Shown piece by piece: positions 63,326-64,000 of a DNA stretch of 64,000 nt. The DNA comes from Alphaproteobacteria bacterium (lineage in GTDB: Bacteria > Pseudomonadota > Alphaproteobacteria > GCA-2731375). A program made the translations under genes and the position numbers. The notes beneath the pieces are model-generated. The model worked only from the letters and a program-made list of their open reading frames with translations, was not told the DNA's origin and ran no database searches. How positions within the stretch are numbered: position 1 is the stretch's first letter; every line of letters begins with the position of its first letter. The stretch covers positions 32,001 through 96,000 of the forward strand of contig CBDDBZ010000033.1 in the NCBI GenBank assembly GCA_965225945.1, given 5' to 3'.

Positions 63326-63748
63326 CTATTGGCCGCGGCGGCGGCCGAGGCCGATGTTCTTGGCGAAATGCGAGCGTTGGCGTGAGTAGTTGGGCGCGAC
63401 CATGGGGTAGTCGGGCGCCAGACCCCATTTCACGCGGTATTCCTCCGGCGAGAGGCTGAACTTGGTCCGAAGGTAGCGTTTCAGCATCTTCAGCTTCTTG
63501 CCGTCCTCGAGGCAGATCAAATAATCGTCTTGCACCGACTTGCGGATCGACACGGCGGGTTTCGGCGAATTCGCGAGGGTCCGCGGCCCCTCGCCGGTCC
63601 CAACCTCCAGCAGGGCGCGATGGACGGTCTGGATCAAGTCCGGGATCTCGGCCGCGGGGAGCGTGTTGTAGCGCAAATAGGCGGCGACGATTTCCGCCAC
63701 CATCGGCAGCACGTCCTCCCGATCCTCGCGCTCCAAAACGTCATTCAT
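63326..63748 (-). CDS. mucR: Ros/MucR family transcriptional regulator
   Basis: PAVSIRKSV, CLEDGKKLKMLKRYL and YPMVAPNYS motifs. Confidence 0.95.
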   Translation of the reverse strand: MNDVLEREDREDVLPMVAEIVAAYLRYNTLPAAEIPDLIQTVHRALLEVGTGEGPRTLANSPKPAVSIRKSVQDDYLICLEDGKKLKMLKRYLRTKFSLSPEEYRVKWGLAPDYPMVAPNYSRQRSHFAKNIGLGRRRGQ

Positions 63749-63821
63749 TGGGGGAAATTAACCGTTATTTGAAGGAGCACTGCATTTTTCAAGGTCTATA
63801 CTTGGATGTCAAGAATATATC

Positions 63822-64000
63822 TTGCCTATCCGGTTAACGCCCATGACCGCTACATGTAGGGTGCCGCCACTCTCCCGAGTAAAGCTCGGCATAGGTTGGA
63901 GCAGAGGTGTCGCCCGCGATGCCGAGCAATGAGCGGAAGGCGTTGAACGGGTAGAACCGCCTGTTGAAGCGGAAGGTGAACTCGTTGAGGTAGGCTTGTA
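63822..64000 (-). mobile_element. IS1595-family element, 3' end of transposase (stop at 63834) and terminal IR; continues past the window
   Basis: Reverse strand reads QAYLNEFTFRFNRRFYPFNAFRSLLGI...*; the YLxEFxFRFN motif is characteristic of IS1595. Confidence 0.85.

Noticed and set aside
63757-63773. CtrA box upstream of mucR
   Set aside because: TTAA-N7-TTGA is only a partial match in an AT-rich stretch; not enough support.

Overview
High-GC window from an alphaproteobacterium (Rhodospirillales-like, judged from gene order and the RpoH/CIRCE promoter). Core blocks are groES-groEL with a CIRCE operator; tRNA-Ser(UGA) followed by sltB-rlpA-dacA-holB-metG-tatD-MBL (tmk is missing from its usual slot); and pccB-pccA-acyP-lipB-fliN-like-hemA-mucR. 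The accessory region (about 7.7-37.4 kb) holds three AliA-like acyl-CoA ligases, a LIV-type ABC importer, an amidohydrolase, an SDR, an MmgE/PrpD protein, an SNF2+SWIM pair, and many IS elements or scars (IS630, IS4, IS66, IS481-like, IS1182). It ends at a P4-type integrase beside the tRNA. An IS1595 end lies at the right window edge. Main findings: (1) an enlarged IS21-type element (about 46.76-50.87 kb) carrying a Cys-rich zinc-finger ORF in frame with istA, plus a primase-like DUF3991/TOPRIM gene with substituted catalytic residues; (2) a SelW/Rdx-type selenoprotein gene (CxxU, in-frame TGA, candidate SECIS hairpin) at 50909-51136 that the ORF track misses; (3) a recurring pattern of short-homology deletions and duplications affecting an SDR, a PaaI thioesterase, a GST, the BrnT toxin and hemA, which could be real decay or an assembly artefact; (4) a G16 tract in front of a glycosyltransferase. 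All family assignments come from motif recognition by eye; no database searches were run.
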